Of a stretch of DNA of 64,000 nt, positions 27,439-36,823 are shown piece by piece. The stretch comes from Oligoflexia bacterium (lineage in GTDB: Bacteria > Bdellovibrionota > UBA1018 > CAIPTA01 > JAALKR01): contig JAALKR010000009.1 of the NCBI GenBank assembly GCA_011087955.1, positions 2,239 to 66,238 of the forward strand, written 5' to 3'. The notes beneath the pieces were generated by a model. The model was given only the letters and a program-made list of their open reading frames with translations, was not told the origin of the DNA and did no database searches. The stretch's first letter is position 1; each line of letters opens with the position of its first letter. The translations under genes and the position numbers were made by a program.

Positions 27439-28356
27439 ATGGGAGCTGAGTTTTTCGGATCTGAGCTGAAGCTGCCCCTAATTGCGGCCCCGATGTTCTT
27501 AGTTTCTGGGCGGGAGCTAGTTACGGCGGCCACAAACCACGGAATCGTAGGCACCTTCCCAGCGCTAAACGCTCGCACGACTGAGAAATTCTCTGAATGG
27601 CTGGATGAAATTAAAGAGTCCGTTGGTGATAGGCCGTATGGTGTGAATTTGATTGTTCATCGCTCAAATCCTCGTTTAGAAGCCGATTTGAAAATATGTG
27701 TTGCGCACAAAGTTCCACTCATTATCACCTCCTTAGGAGCCGTTAAAGATTTAGTCGATACGGTTCACTCCTATGGCGGCAAAGTTTTTCATGATGTGAC
27801 AAATGTATATCACGGTAAAAAAGCGGCGGACGCCGGTGTAGATGGAATCGTTGCCGTATCGGCGGGCGCAGGCGGACACGCGGGAACGACTAATCCATTT
27901 GTCTTAGCTTCTGAGATTCGTTCATTTTATAAGGGTAAGCTAGTCTTGGCTGGTGGTTTATCTACGGGTGCACATATTAGGGCAGCAAAAGTGCTTGGTG
28001 CTGATTATGCCTATATGGGGACGAGATTTATAGCAACGAAAGAAAGTTCAGTGCAAGATGGCTTTAAGGATATGATTGTCCGTTCCAATAGTGGTGATAT
28101 CGTGCATACGCCAGCGGTCTCCGGAGTACCGGCTAATTTTATGGCAGAGAGCCTTGAACAAAATGGATTTGACTTGAAGAAATTACGAGAAAAAGGTGAA
28201 GTAGATTTTGGAGACAAGCTTACCTTGAATGACGAAGCCAAAGCGTGGAAAGATATCTGGTCTGCAGGCCACGGTGTAAGTTGTATTCAAGATATTCCGA
28301 CGACCGGAGATTTAGTCAATCGCCTCGTTTTGGAATACGCGGAAGCTGCGGTTTAA
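27439..28356 (+). CDS. Nitronate monooxygenase (2-nitropropane dioxygenase family, FMN-dependent)
   Basis: 'LKLPLIAAPMFLVSG', 'GVNLIVH', 'AGGHAG' and 'GADYAYMGTRFIAT'. ATG 27439 was chosen because it is preceded by GGGAGGAGG. The track start 27322 would overlap the divergent gene and add 39 non-homologous residues. Confidence 0.85.
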   Translation: MGAEFFGSELKLPLIAAPMFLVSGRELVTAATNHGIVGTFPALNARTTEKFSEWLDEIKESVGDRPYGVNLIVHRSNPRLEADLKICVAHKVPLIITSLGAVKDLVDTVHSYGGKVFHDVTNVYHGKKAADAGVDGIVAVSAGAGGHAGTTNPFVLASEIRSFYKGKLVLAGGLSTGAHIRAAKVLGADYAYMGTRFIATKESSVQDGFKDMIVRSNSGDIVHTPAVSGVPANFMAESLEQNGFDLKKLREKGEVDFGDKLTLNDEAKAWKDIWSAGHGVSCIQDIPTTGDLVNRLVLEYAEAAV

Positions 28357-28441
28357 TCAAGAAGATCTACAAGACTAGGCATTTCCATCTAACCAGGGTA
28401 CACTTTTCCTCATTAGGGTTACTTATTTGGGGAGGCTGCAG

Positions 28442-28903
28442 ATGCTAGAGTTTACACTCAATGGCGATAAGGCTCAGGTGGATGTTCCAGGGGATACTCC
28501 ACTACTATGGGTATTACGCGAGGAACTTGGGTTGACCGGAACGAAGTTCGGTTGTGGCCTTGCTCAGTGTGGTGCCTGTACGGTGCATATGAATGGTGAT
28601 GCTATCCGCGCCTGCGTAATGCCGGTATCAGGGGTAGCTAATCAAAAAATAACTACCATAGAAGGAATCATGGCCGATGAGTTGCATCCGGTGCAGAAGG
28701 CTTGGGTGAAACATCGAGTCCCTCAGTGCGGCTACTGTCAGTCAGGCCAGATTATGCAAGCTGTAAGCCTACTAGAGAAAAACAAAAAAATAGATATGGA
28801 TGAACTTATTTCGGGCATGAATGGCAATATTTGTCGTTGCGGTACCTATAATAAAATTAGACTCGCCCTTAGGGATGCAGCCAAGGAAATGGGTAGAGTT
28901 TAG
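28442..28903 (+). CDS. (2Fe-2S)-binding small subunit of a molybdenum hydroxylase (IorA / aldehyde oxidoreductase gamma-like)
   Basis: Plant-type cluster 'GCGLAQCGACTV' and second cluster 'CGYCQSGQIM...NICRCGTY'. About 153 aa from ATG 28442. Confidence 0.9.
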   Translation: MLEFTLNGDKAQVDVPGDTPLLWVLREELGLTGTKFGCGLAQCGACTVHMNGDAIRACVMPVSGVANQKITTIEGIMADELHPVQKAWVKHRVPQCGYCQSGQIMQAVSLLEKNKKIDMDELISGMNGNICRCGTYNKIRLALRDAAKEMGRV

Positions 28904-28906
28904 TTT

Positions 28907-31123
28907 ATGCAAGTGACTCGAAGAGAGTTCCTGAAAACCGGTTCCTTGGTAGCGGCTTTCGCTGTTCCCGGCGCGAAATATGCTTTTGCAGATGAGAATG
29001 CAAAGAAAAGTATACCTACCCATTATTTTGAAATTTCAAAGGAAGGAAAATTTTTCTTTACGTTCGATAAGGCAGAAATGGGGCAAGGAGTAATCATGGG
29101 ACAAACGACGCTCTTTGGAGAAGAGGCTGATATCAATCCGGTTGACTTAAATACGCGAGTGGCTGGTGTAGATTCTCGTTATGCAACAATGATGGGGCAC
29201 CAAGTGACTGGTGGTAGCACAAGTACCGCAGACCGGTGGATGGTATTAAGAAATGCCGGTGCGGAAGTGCGCGCATTGATGATTAAGGCAGCAGCGCAGA
29301 AATGGAATATTTCGGAAAAAGAATTAAAAACTGAAAATGGACATGTTCTGAACGGCAAAGGTGAGCGCCTACACTACGGTGAACTGGTTCAAATTGCCAG
29401 CGGTTTACAACTCTCGACCACACCTGCATTAAAGAAGAGAGCGGAATTTCGCTATATTGGTAAAGACGGCTTACCACAACCAGATGCGTATCCGAAGTCG
29501 ACCGGTACCAATGAATTTGGTATTGATCTAAAACTTCCACATATGAAAATTGCCGTCATTGAGCGCAGCCCGGTTTTTGGGGGTAAGCTTAAATCTTTTG
29601 ATGCAACTGAAGCGAAGAAAGTGCCTGGCGTGGATTCGATTATGGAGGTTCCAACCGGTGTAGCCATTGTTTGTGATCGCTATTGGCAAGCATTAAAAGC
29701 ACGTCGTGTGCTTAAAATAGAGTGGGATTCGGGGAAAAATGCGAAGCTTTCTTCAGCGCAAATCATGAAAGACTACCGGGAAAAGATGAAGTCTAGCTCC
29801 GGCTCAGAAGTAGAGAGTAGAGGAGATTTGGATTCTGCATTTGAGGGAGCGGACTTGGTGGTAGAGGCAGAATATGACCTGCCTTATCTTGCTCATTCGA
29901 CAATGGAGCCAATGAATTGTACCGTGGACGCAACCAAAGATGTTTGCGAAGTATATAGTTCCACGCAAGCACCTTCCCTGGTGCGCAACGGAGTAGCATA
30001 CGCTCTCGGAATCAGCCGCGACAAGGTCTTGGTAAAGCCCGCAAAGTATCTGGGAGGTGGCTTTGGTCGCCGCAGCACAATTGACTATTCCGTAGAGGCA
30101 GCACTCTTATCGAAGGAAGTTGGTAAGCCTATCAAAGTAATTTGGTCACGGGAAGACGATACTCGACACTCTCCAATGCGACCAATTTCGACACATGCAA
30201 TGAAAGGTGCATTGAAGGATGGAAAAATTTCAGCATGGCAACATAAGCTTGGCTGTGAGTCGATTATGCAACAAGTAATGCCTCGGTGGTTGCCGTTGAT
30301 GGCGCCGGGATGGTTGCCAAGGTTTGTTGGTTCCACATTAGGTGGCGCTGCCGGTTTAGCAATGCGGGTAATGAATTTTTCACCGACCACAGCGGAAGGC
30401 GCGATTATTGATTATAAAGTCGATAATTTTTCTGTTCATCATTATCGCTTGGGGCTAAATATTCCTCTCCATTTCTGGCGCTCTGTCGGGCATAGCTATA
30501 CAGGATTTGTCGTGGAGAGCTTTATGGATGAGCTGGCGCACCAGGCGAAAAAAGATCCGTATACTTTCCGCCGTGACCTATTACCGGAAGAGTCACGTAT
30601 TCGAGCAACTTTGGATAAAGTGGTGGAGATCTCAGGCTGGCACGATTCTCGAGAAGCAGGACACATAGGACATGTAGAGCATGCTGGACATGGCCGGGGG
30701 ATTGCCTGCCATACATCTTTTGGGTCTTATGTTTCACAAGTGGCAGATGTCACTGTTGAAGGTGAGCAGATTAAAGTCAAAAAAGTGTTTTGTGTTGTGG
30801 ACTGCGGCCTTGCCGTCAATCCAGATATGATTCGTAAGCAAATAGAATCGGGCATTACATACGGCTTGTCCGCAGCCCTCAGTGGTGAGATTACATTAAA
30901 GGATGGCGCTATTGAGCAAGGCAATTTTGATACTTACCCTCCCGTTCGCCAAACAGAAATGCCAGAAGTTGTGGTTCATGTGATAGAGTCAAGTGAGGCG
31001 CCGACAGGAGTGGGTGAGCCCGGTCTACCTCCTATCGCAGCCGCGGTGGCTAATGCTATCTTTAGTGCTAGTGGCATGCGTCTACGGAGTTTGCCATTGC
31101 GAATCGGTATAGGAGATGCGTGA
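28907..31123 (+). CDS. Molybdopterin-dependent hydroxylase large subunit (IorB / aldehyde oxidase-xanthine dehydrogenase family), Tat-exported or membrane-associated
   Basis: Twin-arginine signal '[20 protein letters not shown]'. 738 aa with the two-domain Mo-binding architecture typical of isoquinoline 1-oxidoreductase beta-type subunits ('GGGFGRR', '[18 protein letters not shown]'). Starts 3 nt after the small subunit. Confidence 0.88.
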   Translation: MQVTRREFLKTGSLVAAFAVPGAKYAFADENAKKSIPTHYFEISKEGKFFFTFDKAEMGQGVIMGQTTLFGEEADINPVDLNTRVAGVDSRYATMMGHQVTGGSTSTADRWMVLRNAGAEVRALMIKAAAQKWNISEKELKTENGHVLNGKGERLHYGELVQIASGLQLSTTPALKKRAEFRYIGKDGLPQPDAYPKSTGTNEFGIDLKLPHMKIAVIERSPVFGGKLKSFDATEAKKVPGVDSIMEVPTGVAIVCDRYWQALKARRVLKIEWDSGKNAKLSSAQIMKDYREKMKSSSGSEVESRGDLDSAFEGADLVVEAEYDLPYLAHSTMEPMNCTVDATKDVCEVYSSTQAPSLVRNGVAYALGISRDKVLVKPAKYLGGGFGRRSTIDYSVEAALLSKEVGKPIKVIWSREDDTRHSPMRPISTHAMKGALKDGKISAWQHKLGCESIMQQVMPRWLPLMAPGWLPRFVGSTLGGAAGLAMRVMNFSPTTAEGAIIDYKVDNFSVHHYRLGLNIPLHFWRSVGHSYTGFVVESFMDELAHQAKKDPYTFRRDLLPEESRIRATLDKVVEISGWHDSREAGHIGHVEHAGHGRGIACHTSFGSYVSQVADVTVEGEQIKVKKVFCVVDCGLAVNPDMIRKQIESGITYGLSAALSGEITLKDGAIEQGNFDTYPPVRQTEMPEVVVHVIESSEAPTGVGEPGLPPIAAAVANAIFSASGMRLRSLPLRIGIGDA

Positions 31124-31949
31124 AGCAAAGCAGCTTCTAGAGTTTGTCCGTTCTGTGGATGCAGATGAATTTATTCTAGCAAGCATCATTGCGACAGAGG
31201 GCTCTAGCTATCGAAAAGCTGGAGCAAGAAAGGTGATTGCCCTGGATGGGAGTTCTGCTGGCCTATTAAGTGGCGGGTGCCTAGAAGGTGAAATCATAAA
31301 TCGCGCTCTCCGAGTTTCGCCTCCAAGAGAAGAGCATGTTTTCGATACGATGGATGAGGTGGATCGCCTCTTTGGTTATGCGACAGGTTGTCAGGGAAAG
31401 ATCACCGTTGCTTTTGAGCGCTTATCTAAAGATGAGCTATATCAGGGGTCATATTTAGGTATATCACCAGCGGATAAATTGGAAATTCGTGTGGTTGGCG
31501 CTGGGCCGGACCTAGATCCATTGCATGAACTGCTGCAATGGACGGGTTGGGATTACCACTTCTTTACACCAAAAACAGATTTACTGAAGGATCGAATGGC
31601 CCAGGGTTGGTTGATTCAAAAACTAGATAATCAGAAACTCAAGAGCTCTATTAATTTGCCCGAGCGCTCGGTGGTGTTACTCATGTCCCATAACTACCCC
31701 ACCGACCTAGACGTATTGTCCTCTTTAGCCGATCAAAAATATGGTTATATTGGAATCCTTGGGCCAAAAGAACGCCGCGAAAAGATGATGGAAGATTTGC
31801 ACAAAGTTTATCGGCAGGATATTTCACCAGAATTCTCCAAGCGAGTTTTTGGCCCTATCGGGTCGGTGAATCTTGGGCGGGGTGAAGTGGCTGTCGCTAT
31901 GGCCATTGTGTCTGAATTACAGGCTCGATTTTTTGGAGAACGGGGCTAA
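31116..31949 (+). CDS. XdhC/CoxI-family molybdenum-cofactor insertion chaperone
   Basis: N-terminal '[20 protein letters not shown]...GGCLEGEI' and C-terminal Rossmann-like 'VVGAGPD' domain. Overlaps the large-subunit stop by 8 nt. Confidence 0.8.
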   Translation: MREAKQLLEFVRSVDADEFILASIIATEGSSYRKAGARKVIALDGSSAGLLSGGCLEGEIINRALRVSPPREEHVFDTMDEVDRLFGYATGCQGKITVAFERLSKDELYQGSYLGISPADKLEIRVVGAGPDLDPLHELLQWTGWDYHFFTPKTDLLKDRMAQGWLIQKLDNQKLKSSINLPERSVVLLMSHNYPTDLDVLSSLADQKYGYIGILGPKERREKMMEDLHKVYRQDISPEFSKRVFGPIGSVNLGRGEVAVAMAIVSELQARFFGERG

Positions 31950-31953
31950 AGCA

Positions 31954-32526
31954 TTGATAGCAGTCATATTAGCTGCAGGGTTGGCGACAAGATTTGGCTC
32001 CTGCAAGCAAATCGCTAAGATCGATGGTAAACCTATGATCGGGCACGTCTTAGATTCTCTACCGGAAGATATTCCAAAATTTGTGATTACTGGCGCCTAC
32101 CAGGACCAAGTCGTAGAAGCTTGTCGAGGACAGAACTGCAAGTTTGTAGAGAATAAGCATTATCGATTGGGAATGAGCTCCTCCATTCGATTGGCAGCTC
32201 AAATTGCAGAGCAAGAATCAGATGATTTATTGCTCACCCTTTGTGATTTGCCATATGTTCATCAATGTGACTATCAGCATTTGCTTAAGCAGTTCGGAGG
32301 TGAGACTCTCTTCTCTCGGTTTCAAGACTCCGCTTCACGAGAATTTTTTGGTCCGCCGGCAATATTTCCAAAATCTACACTGGCCATATTAACCCAACTC
32401 GGTGACGGAGAGCGCCCCAAACGAATTTTCCCCAAGGCTCGCTCCATAGTTATAGAGAATGCAGGTAGAGATGTGGATTATCCTCTGGAAACATCCAATT
32501 CTATAGCTCCCGTAAATGGCGCATAG
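31954..32526 (+). CDS. MobA/MocA-like nucleotidyltransferase (molybdenum cofactor cytidylyl/guanylyltransferase)
   Basis: 'IAVILAAGLATRFGSCKQIAKIDGKPMIGHV' nucleotide-binding loop and 'LLLTLCDLPYV'. A TTG start at 31954, just after the XdhC stop, is inferred. The track ATG 31873 would overlap xdhC by 77 nt with non-homologous residues. Confidence 0.7.
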   Translation: MIAVILAAGLATRFGSCKQIAKIDGKPMIGHVLDSLPEDIPKFVITGAYQDQVVEACRGQNCKFVENKHYRLGMSSSIRLAAQIAEQESDDLLLTLCDLPYVHQCDYQHLLKQFGGETLFSRFQDSASREFFGPPAIFPKSTLAILTQLGDGERPKRIFPKARSIVIENAGRDVDYPLETSNSIAPVNGA

Positions 32527-33469
32527 CAATTTGTAAGGAATGGGAAAAGCGGCTCTTATTATTGGCAAAGAGCTGCTCAACTGGGAATATGCGCACCAAT
32601 AAGAAGAGTAGATAGCCTATCGCAATTGGTCGCATCAAAATCCAAATGAGTGGTGTGGCATTTGTCTTGGTAAAGAGAAAAAAGAATGCGGTGATAAAGA
32701 GTGACAGAATAAAGAGAGGGTTCATTAAATCAAGGAGCGCTAATTTAGCGTTCTGAATAAAACTCAGTTTATGACTGGAACTTGGCTTGTCGGAGTTCTC
32801 TTGCACCAAATTCTGAAAGCGCGGCGCTGATTTTGCTTTCTCCACTAGATATTCATATTGGTCATTTACTAAATGACCAGGCAGGCGAATCGCTAGAACT
32901 CCTATAATTTGGCCGAGGAGTACTTTTGCTGTAACCACGGTCGCTAAAATCGCAACCAAAACTTCGGGGGTTAAGGGAAATACCTTTGCCAGTTTGTCAT
33001 AAAAATAGTCGGCGATATGAATAATCGTTTTGCCGTAAAGCAGGTAATAAAGCAGTATGGGCTGAAGGAAGGCCCAAAGGCTTAGTAAAAGCATGCCGAC
33101 TAAAATTCCGGCAGTGTTGATGCCGAAAACAATTACACCGATTGAATATAAAAATCCTTGGGTGGAAATTGCGAGCATGGGTGTGAGTTTTTTGCCGGCT
33201 GGAGAGAGAGACTTTAAAAGAGCCGCGATGTTTCCCATATGTACGGGTATGAAGCGTGCTCCTTTGTCATTACGCCGAGCGAGGGTAGCTCGACTCATTA
33301 AGAAGCCTTGATTTAAGGAGAGGGTATGGCCAGAAAACGGTAGGCGGAAACTATGCAAAATTGAGCCAAGGCCAATTTCAATTGCTGAGAGTAAAGCGGC
33401 TTGTTTGCCGATATGGTTAATAAGATTTTTTTCGCGCATGCCTTGTTGCTGCCTATCTTCTACTCTCAA
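32501..33469 (-). CDS. Polytopic integral membrane protein, unknown function
   Basis: 322-aa ORF with at least 6 hydrophobic segments. No family confidently recognised. Confidence 0.55.
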   Translation of the reverse strand: MRVEDRQQQGMREKNLINHIGKQAALLSAIEIGLGSILHSFRLPFSGHTLSLNQGFLMSRATLARRNDKGARFIPVHMGNIAALLKSLSPAGKKLTPMLAISTQGFLYSIGVIVFGINTAGILVGMLLLSLWAFLQPILLYYLLYGKTIIHIADYFYDKLAKVFPLTPEVLVAILATVVTAKVLLGQIIGVLAIRLPGHLVNDQYEYLVEKAKSAPRFQNLVQENSDKPSSSHKLSFIQNAKLALLDLMNPLFILSLFITAFFFLFTKTNATPLIWILMRPIAIGYLLFLLVRIFPVEQLFANNKSRFSHSLQIAMRHLREL

Positions 33470-33893
33470 CCGGGCAAAAGCTCAGCAGCTTCAATCCAAT
33501 TTCGTCGTCATACTCTCGCGTGACGTCTTGAGGAAAAATACGTAATTTTATTTCTACCGTTGCTGCTACAGTAAATTGAAAGAAGTGTCCCGCCAAGGTT
33601 TGCAAGGAATGATCGGAGATTACTCCATGTAGGTGGAAAAACGGTTCCCCGTCAATTCTACAAAAGTTTCCTTGTAAAGAAGATAGCTCATGAACTGCTG
33701 GGATTTCACGGCGATAATATCCTCGTTTCTTTAGGTCATAGGCGCCAAGCTCGATCTTCTCGATCGCTCCAATTCCCGAGACAAAACCTGCTTGCCAGCC
33801 TTGCTCTTGTACAAGGCTTTCCAGCGTAGAAAAAGCTTCTTCCCCTCGAAAGAGGCGGATAAATACATAGTCACTGTCAATTGCATATTTCAT
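33453..33893 (-). CDS. PPC (DUF296) domain protein
   Basis: 'VFIRLFRGEEAFSTLESL', 'GFVSGIGAIEKIELGAY' and 'HLHGVISDHSLQTLAGHF' match the PPC/DUF296 beta-sandwich pattern. The 3' end overlaps the next gene by 17 nt. Confidence 0.7.
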   Translation of the reverse strand: MKYAIDSDYVFIRLFRGEEAFSTLESLVQEQGWQAGFVSGIGAIEKIELGAYDLKKRGYYRREIPAVHELSSLQGNFCRIDGEPFFHLHGVISDHSLQTLAGHFFQFTVAATVEIKLRIFPQDVTREYDDEIGLKLLSFCPVESRR

Positions 33894-33934
33894 GTGGCGA
33901 TGCTACCAAGAATTCTAAATAATTGGAGAAAAAT

Positions 33935-34273
33935 ATGTGGCTCGGTCTTGCGAAAGTAGTTGTTGCCGCCCTATTGATTAGTTTTGTCTCTTGGCTTTCT
34001 GGCAAGAAGACAGGGTTGGCAGGATTTTTAACTGCGCTCCCACTAACGACTTTATTGGCTTTGGCCTTTTCCCATGCGGAATGGGGGGACGGGAAGCAAT
34101 CGGTGGCATACGCTAAAAGCGTATTTGTGGCAATTCCAGTTTCCTTATTATTCTTTATCCCATTCTTTTTTGCAGAGAAGTTAAGCCTGGGATTTTGGAC
34201 CTGTTATTTCTCTGGGATTGCTTTGCTAGGAGCAGGCTATTTCGTCCATAATTTCTTAACAAAATTCGTTTGA
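33935..34273 (+). CDS. Small integral membrane protein (DUF3147-like, 4 TM)
   Basis: Four hydrophobic helices. ATG 33935 is preceded by GGAG; the track start 33923 is TTG. Confidence 0.55.
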   Translation: MWLGLAKVVVAALLISFVSWLSGKKTGLAGFLTALPLTTLLALAFSHAEWGDGKQSVAYAKSVFVAIPVSLLFFIPFFFAEKLSLGFWTCYFSGIALLGAGYFVHNFLTKFV

Positions 34274-34293
34274 ATCAATGAAGTTTGTTTAAA

Positions 34294-35139
34294 TCAATGA
34301 GAGTAGAGCGTGAGGCTTAGGCTTTCGATGTGCCCGCTGGCGGACCACCATAAATTATTTTTAACAATTAGTTTCCAGTCGCTGAGAGAGTTTAAGCCAT
34401 GAAGATTGCTTAGCGTCGGTAATGAGTCTCCATTGCGTCCCCAAGTGCGGACAATATTATTCGTTCTAGCACCAGTACGATTGTGAAGTTCGATCCTTTG
34501 GCCGCTAGCAACATGCTCTAGGTGTACAACCAGACTCCCAATGTAGGGGTGTTGAATATTGATGGATAAAGTTACATCCGCGATTGGAATTTGCTCAAGG
34601 ATAGAAAAAGTAAATTCCGAAGTTTGCTGGCGGGGCACTGGAATTCCAATGTTTGATTGCGCAAATTGCACAGCTGGAAGTGGTTGCACGAAAAAAGGGA
34701 CTTCAATCCAAGTGCGATGTACTTGCTCAACTGCATCGCGATAGGTGCCCACAAATAACAGGGCTGCCGACTGCCCACGCTCACAATCTGCTTTCATTGT
34801 GATTCGAAATGGCCCAAGTCGCAGGCTGGCACCGCCGACAATAAGCGGTTGCGTCCATTCGCCGACAATATTTTCTACACAGGAACCAGTCCTGGCTTGC
34901 ATGTGCACATCTCGCAATACGTAGGAGGAGGAGGAGGAGGAGGAGGAGGGGGCAGAGTTCATGACAGTGATGTAAATGTCGCCAGCTTGCCCCGGTGGAA
35001 TAGCATCTTTGTAGGGACTTCCGATTGTCCCATAGTCAATAGATTCAAAACTGATGATCGAAGAAAGCGCAGGGGCAGCACTGAAAAATGTACAAAGTAT
35101 GAATGGGAATAGAAAAGTAAGAATTTGTAATAGTTTCAT
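34294..35139 (-). CDS. Secreted proprotein-convertase P-domain protein, tandem paralog A (no protease domain)
   Basis: Signal peptide 'ILTFLFPFILCTFFSAAPALS', a Ser9 tract, and a C-terminal P-domain-like pattern 'VTLSINIQHPYIGSLVVHLEHVASGQRIELH...LNSLSDWKLIV'. The extreme C terminus has diverged ('KNNLWWSASG'). Confidence 0.75.
   Translation of the reverse strand: MKLLQILTFLFPFILCTFFSAAPALSSIISFESIDYGTIGSPYKDAIPPGQAGDIYITVMNSAPSSSSSSSSYVLRDVHMQARTGSCVENIVGEWTQPLIVGGASLRLGPFRITMKADCERGQSAALLFVGTYRDAVEQVHRTWIEVPFFVQPLPAVQFAQSNIGIPVPRQQTSEFTFSILEQIPIADVTLSINIQHPYIGSLVVHLEHVASGQRIELHNRTGARTNNIVRTWGRNGDSLPTLSNLHGLNSLSDWKLIVKNNLWWSASGHIESLSLTLYSH
34923..34949. repeat. (AGG)9 trinucleotide microsatellite (Ser9 on the coding strand), copy A
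   Basis: Nine contiguous AGG units were counted directly. The tract is in frame within the P-domain paralog A. Confidence 0.95.
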
Positions 35140-35155
35140 AGCAGTGTCCCTTAAG

Positions 35156-35998
35156 TTAGTTAGCGTAAAGAACGAGGTTCAGGCTCTCGATGTGCCCATC
35201 GTCTTGGGACATCTCGTCTACCACAGTTAGCTTCCAGTCGCTGAGAGAGTTTAAGCCATGAAGATTGCTTAGCGCCGGCAATGAGTCTCCATTGCGTCCC
35301 CAAGTGCGGACAATGTTATCCTTATTTCTACCAGTACGCCTGTGAAGTTCGACCCTTTGGCCGCTAGCAACATGCTCTAGGTGTACAACCAGATCCCCAA
35401 TGTAGGGGTGTTGAATATTGATGGATAAAGTTACACCCGCAATTGGAATTTGCTCATGGATAGAAAAAGTAAATTCCGAAGTTTGCTGACTGTGCACTGG
35501 AATTCCAATGTTTGATTGCGCAAATTGCACAACTGGAAATGATTGCACGAAAAAAGGGACTTCAATCCAAGTGCGATGTACTTGCTCAATTGTATCGCGG
35601 TAGGTGCCCACAAATAACAGGGCTGCCGACTGCCCGCGCTCACAATCTGCTTTCATTGTGATTCGAAATGGCCCAAGTCGCAGGCTGGCACCGCCGACAA
35701 TAAGCGGTTGCGTCCATTCGCCGACAATATTTTCTACACAGGAACCAGTCCTGGCTTGCATGTGCACATCTCGCAATACGTAGGAGGAGGAGGAGGAGGA
35801 GGAGGAGGGGGCAGAGTTCATGACAGTGATGTAAATGTCGCCAGCTTGCCCCGGTGGAATAGCATCTTTGTAGGGACTTCCGATTGTCCCATAGTCAATA
35901 GATTCAAAACTGATGATCGAAGAAAGCGCAGGGGCAGCACTGAAAAATGTACAAAGTATGAATGGGAATAGAAAAGTAAGAATTTGTAATGGGTTCAT
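35156..35998 (-). CDS. Secreted proprotein-convertase P-domain protein, tandem paralog B (no protease domain)
   Basis: Same architecture as paralog A. The canonical P-domain end 'WKLTVVDEMSQDDGHIESLNLVL' is retained. The start is set at ATG 35998, preceded by AAGGAGAG; the track ORF extends to 36073. Confidence 0.78.
   Translation of the reverse strand: MNPLQILTFLFPFILCTFFSAAPALSSIISFESIDYGTIGSPYKDAIPPGQAGDIYITVMNSAPSSSSSSSSYVLRDVHMQARTGSCVENIVGEWTQPLIVGGASLRLGPFRITMKADCERGQSAALLFVGTYRDTIEQVHRTWIEVPFFVQSFPVVQFAQSNIGIPVHSQQTSEFTFSIHEQIPIAGVTLSINIQHPYIGDLVVHLEHVASGQRVELHRRTGRNKDNIVRTWGRNGDSLPALSNLHGLNSLSDWKLTVVDEMSQDDGHIESLNLVLYAN
35782..35808. repeat. (AGG)9 trinucleotide microsatellite (Ser9 on the coding strand), copy B
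   Basis: Nine contiguous AGG units were counted directly. The tract is in frame within the P-domain paralog B. Confidence 0.95.
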
Positions 35999-36127
35999 GG
36001 ACTCTCCTTGGTAGCATTTGATATTTTTTAGGTTACAATTCAGGGGAACGTTAGGCAAACTGTTTGAAAGCACAAGGATCTAACGCGAAACGTTATTTGT
36101 TGGCTTGGAAGTTTAAGGAGGAAGCAG

Positions 36128-36823
36128 ATGTTTATTGTAAATGCCTTCGAGCAAGGCGGAATTTTCATGTATTTTATTTTGATTTTTTTCGTGCTGACGA
36201 TTGCTTTTATCGTCGAGCGAACACTTGCGCTTTATGTCCATTTCAAGGATGCACCGAAAGATTTTCATAAAAATTTACTGGAGTGTATACGGCGAAACGA
36301 TATGAATGCGGGCACGAATTTAGCGGCCCAATATGATGATACGGCCTTGGGCAGAATTGCGAAGCTTGGCTTTATGCTTCGTGGCGAGGCAGCAAGTGAT
36401 GAGGAGTTGCAGGCGCGTATGGACGAGAAACTTAGTGAGGAGTTGGGGCGAGTAGATAAGCGCACAAATTTTCTGGCTATGTATGGAAACGTTGCGACGC
36501 TAGTTGGTCTTCTTGGGACAATCGGTGGCATGGTGATTGCTTTCGCTGGTGTGGCGGATGCTAACCCAGCTGATCGCGCGACCTTGCTCTCGCTAGGTAT
36601 CTCCCACGCGCTGAACTGTACTGCGTTTGGCCTCTTGGTTGCAATTCCGGCGTTGGTTGCTTATGCAGTATTTCAGAATCGTACCGACGCAATTACTTGG
36701 GATATGACTCATGGGACGACAGAGCTCTATCATGATTTGCTTTTTTATACGGAAACGGGGGTGGAGTCCGGTCGTTCATCGCAAGCTAATACGCCTCCAG
36801 GCTCTCCGGAGATGAACGCCTAA
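36128..36823 (+). CDS. MotA/TolQ/ExbB-family proton-channel protein (AglR-like)
   Basis: Three TM segments and the family core 'FLAMYGNVATLVGLLGTIGGMVIAF' and 'ALNCTAFGLLVAIPALVAY'. First gene of the coupled operon, preceded by AAGGAGGAAG. Confidence 0.85.
   Translation: MFIVNAFEQGGIFMYFILIFFVLTIAFIVERTLALYVHFKDAPKDFHKNLLECIRRNDMNAGTNLAAQYDDTALGRIAKLGFMLRGEAASDEELQARMDEKLSEELGRVDKRTNFLAMYGNVATLVGLLGTIGGMVIAFAGVADANPADRATLLSLGISHALNCTAFGLLVAIPALVAYAVFQNRTDAITWDMTHGTTELYHDLLFYTETGVESGRSSQANTPPGSPEMNA

Larger units (their letters stand above)
34294..35998. repeat. Head-to-tail tandem gene duplication, period 859 nt
   Basis: Equivalent landmarks are offset by exactly 859 nt: start codons at 35139 and 35998, and (AGG)9 at 34923 and 35782. 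The track shadow ORFs 34849-35112 and 35708-35971 translate identically, so there is 100% identity over at least 264 nt. Confidence 0.95.

Noticed and set aside
31873-31953. Track-predicted ATG start of the MocA-like gene inside xdhC
   Set aside because: The first 27 residues are non-homologous and overlap xdhC by 77 nt. The conserved nucleotide-binding loop begins right after a TTG at 31954.
34849-35971. Two identical 87-aa plus-strand ORFs with a poly-Gly run (34849-35112 and 35708-35971)
   Set aside because: They are antisense shadows of the two P-domain paralogs, with poly-Gly mirroring the Ser9 tract. They are useful only as evidence that the two copies are identical there.
34294-35998. 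Possibility that the 859-nt periodic repeat is a CRISPR-like or mobile-element structure
   Set aside because: There are only two units, each a complete signal-peptide protein gene. There are no short repeat-spacer organisation, terminal inverted repeats or transposase. It is a tandem gene duplication.
36046-36095. Two copies of (G/A)AACGTTA 42 bp apart in the divergent region between P-domain paralog B and the motor operon
   Set aside because: A 7-mer recurring once within about 130 bp is close to chance expectation (on the order of 0.5 such pairs), and there is no further symmetry.
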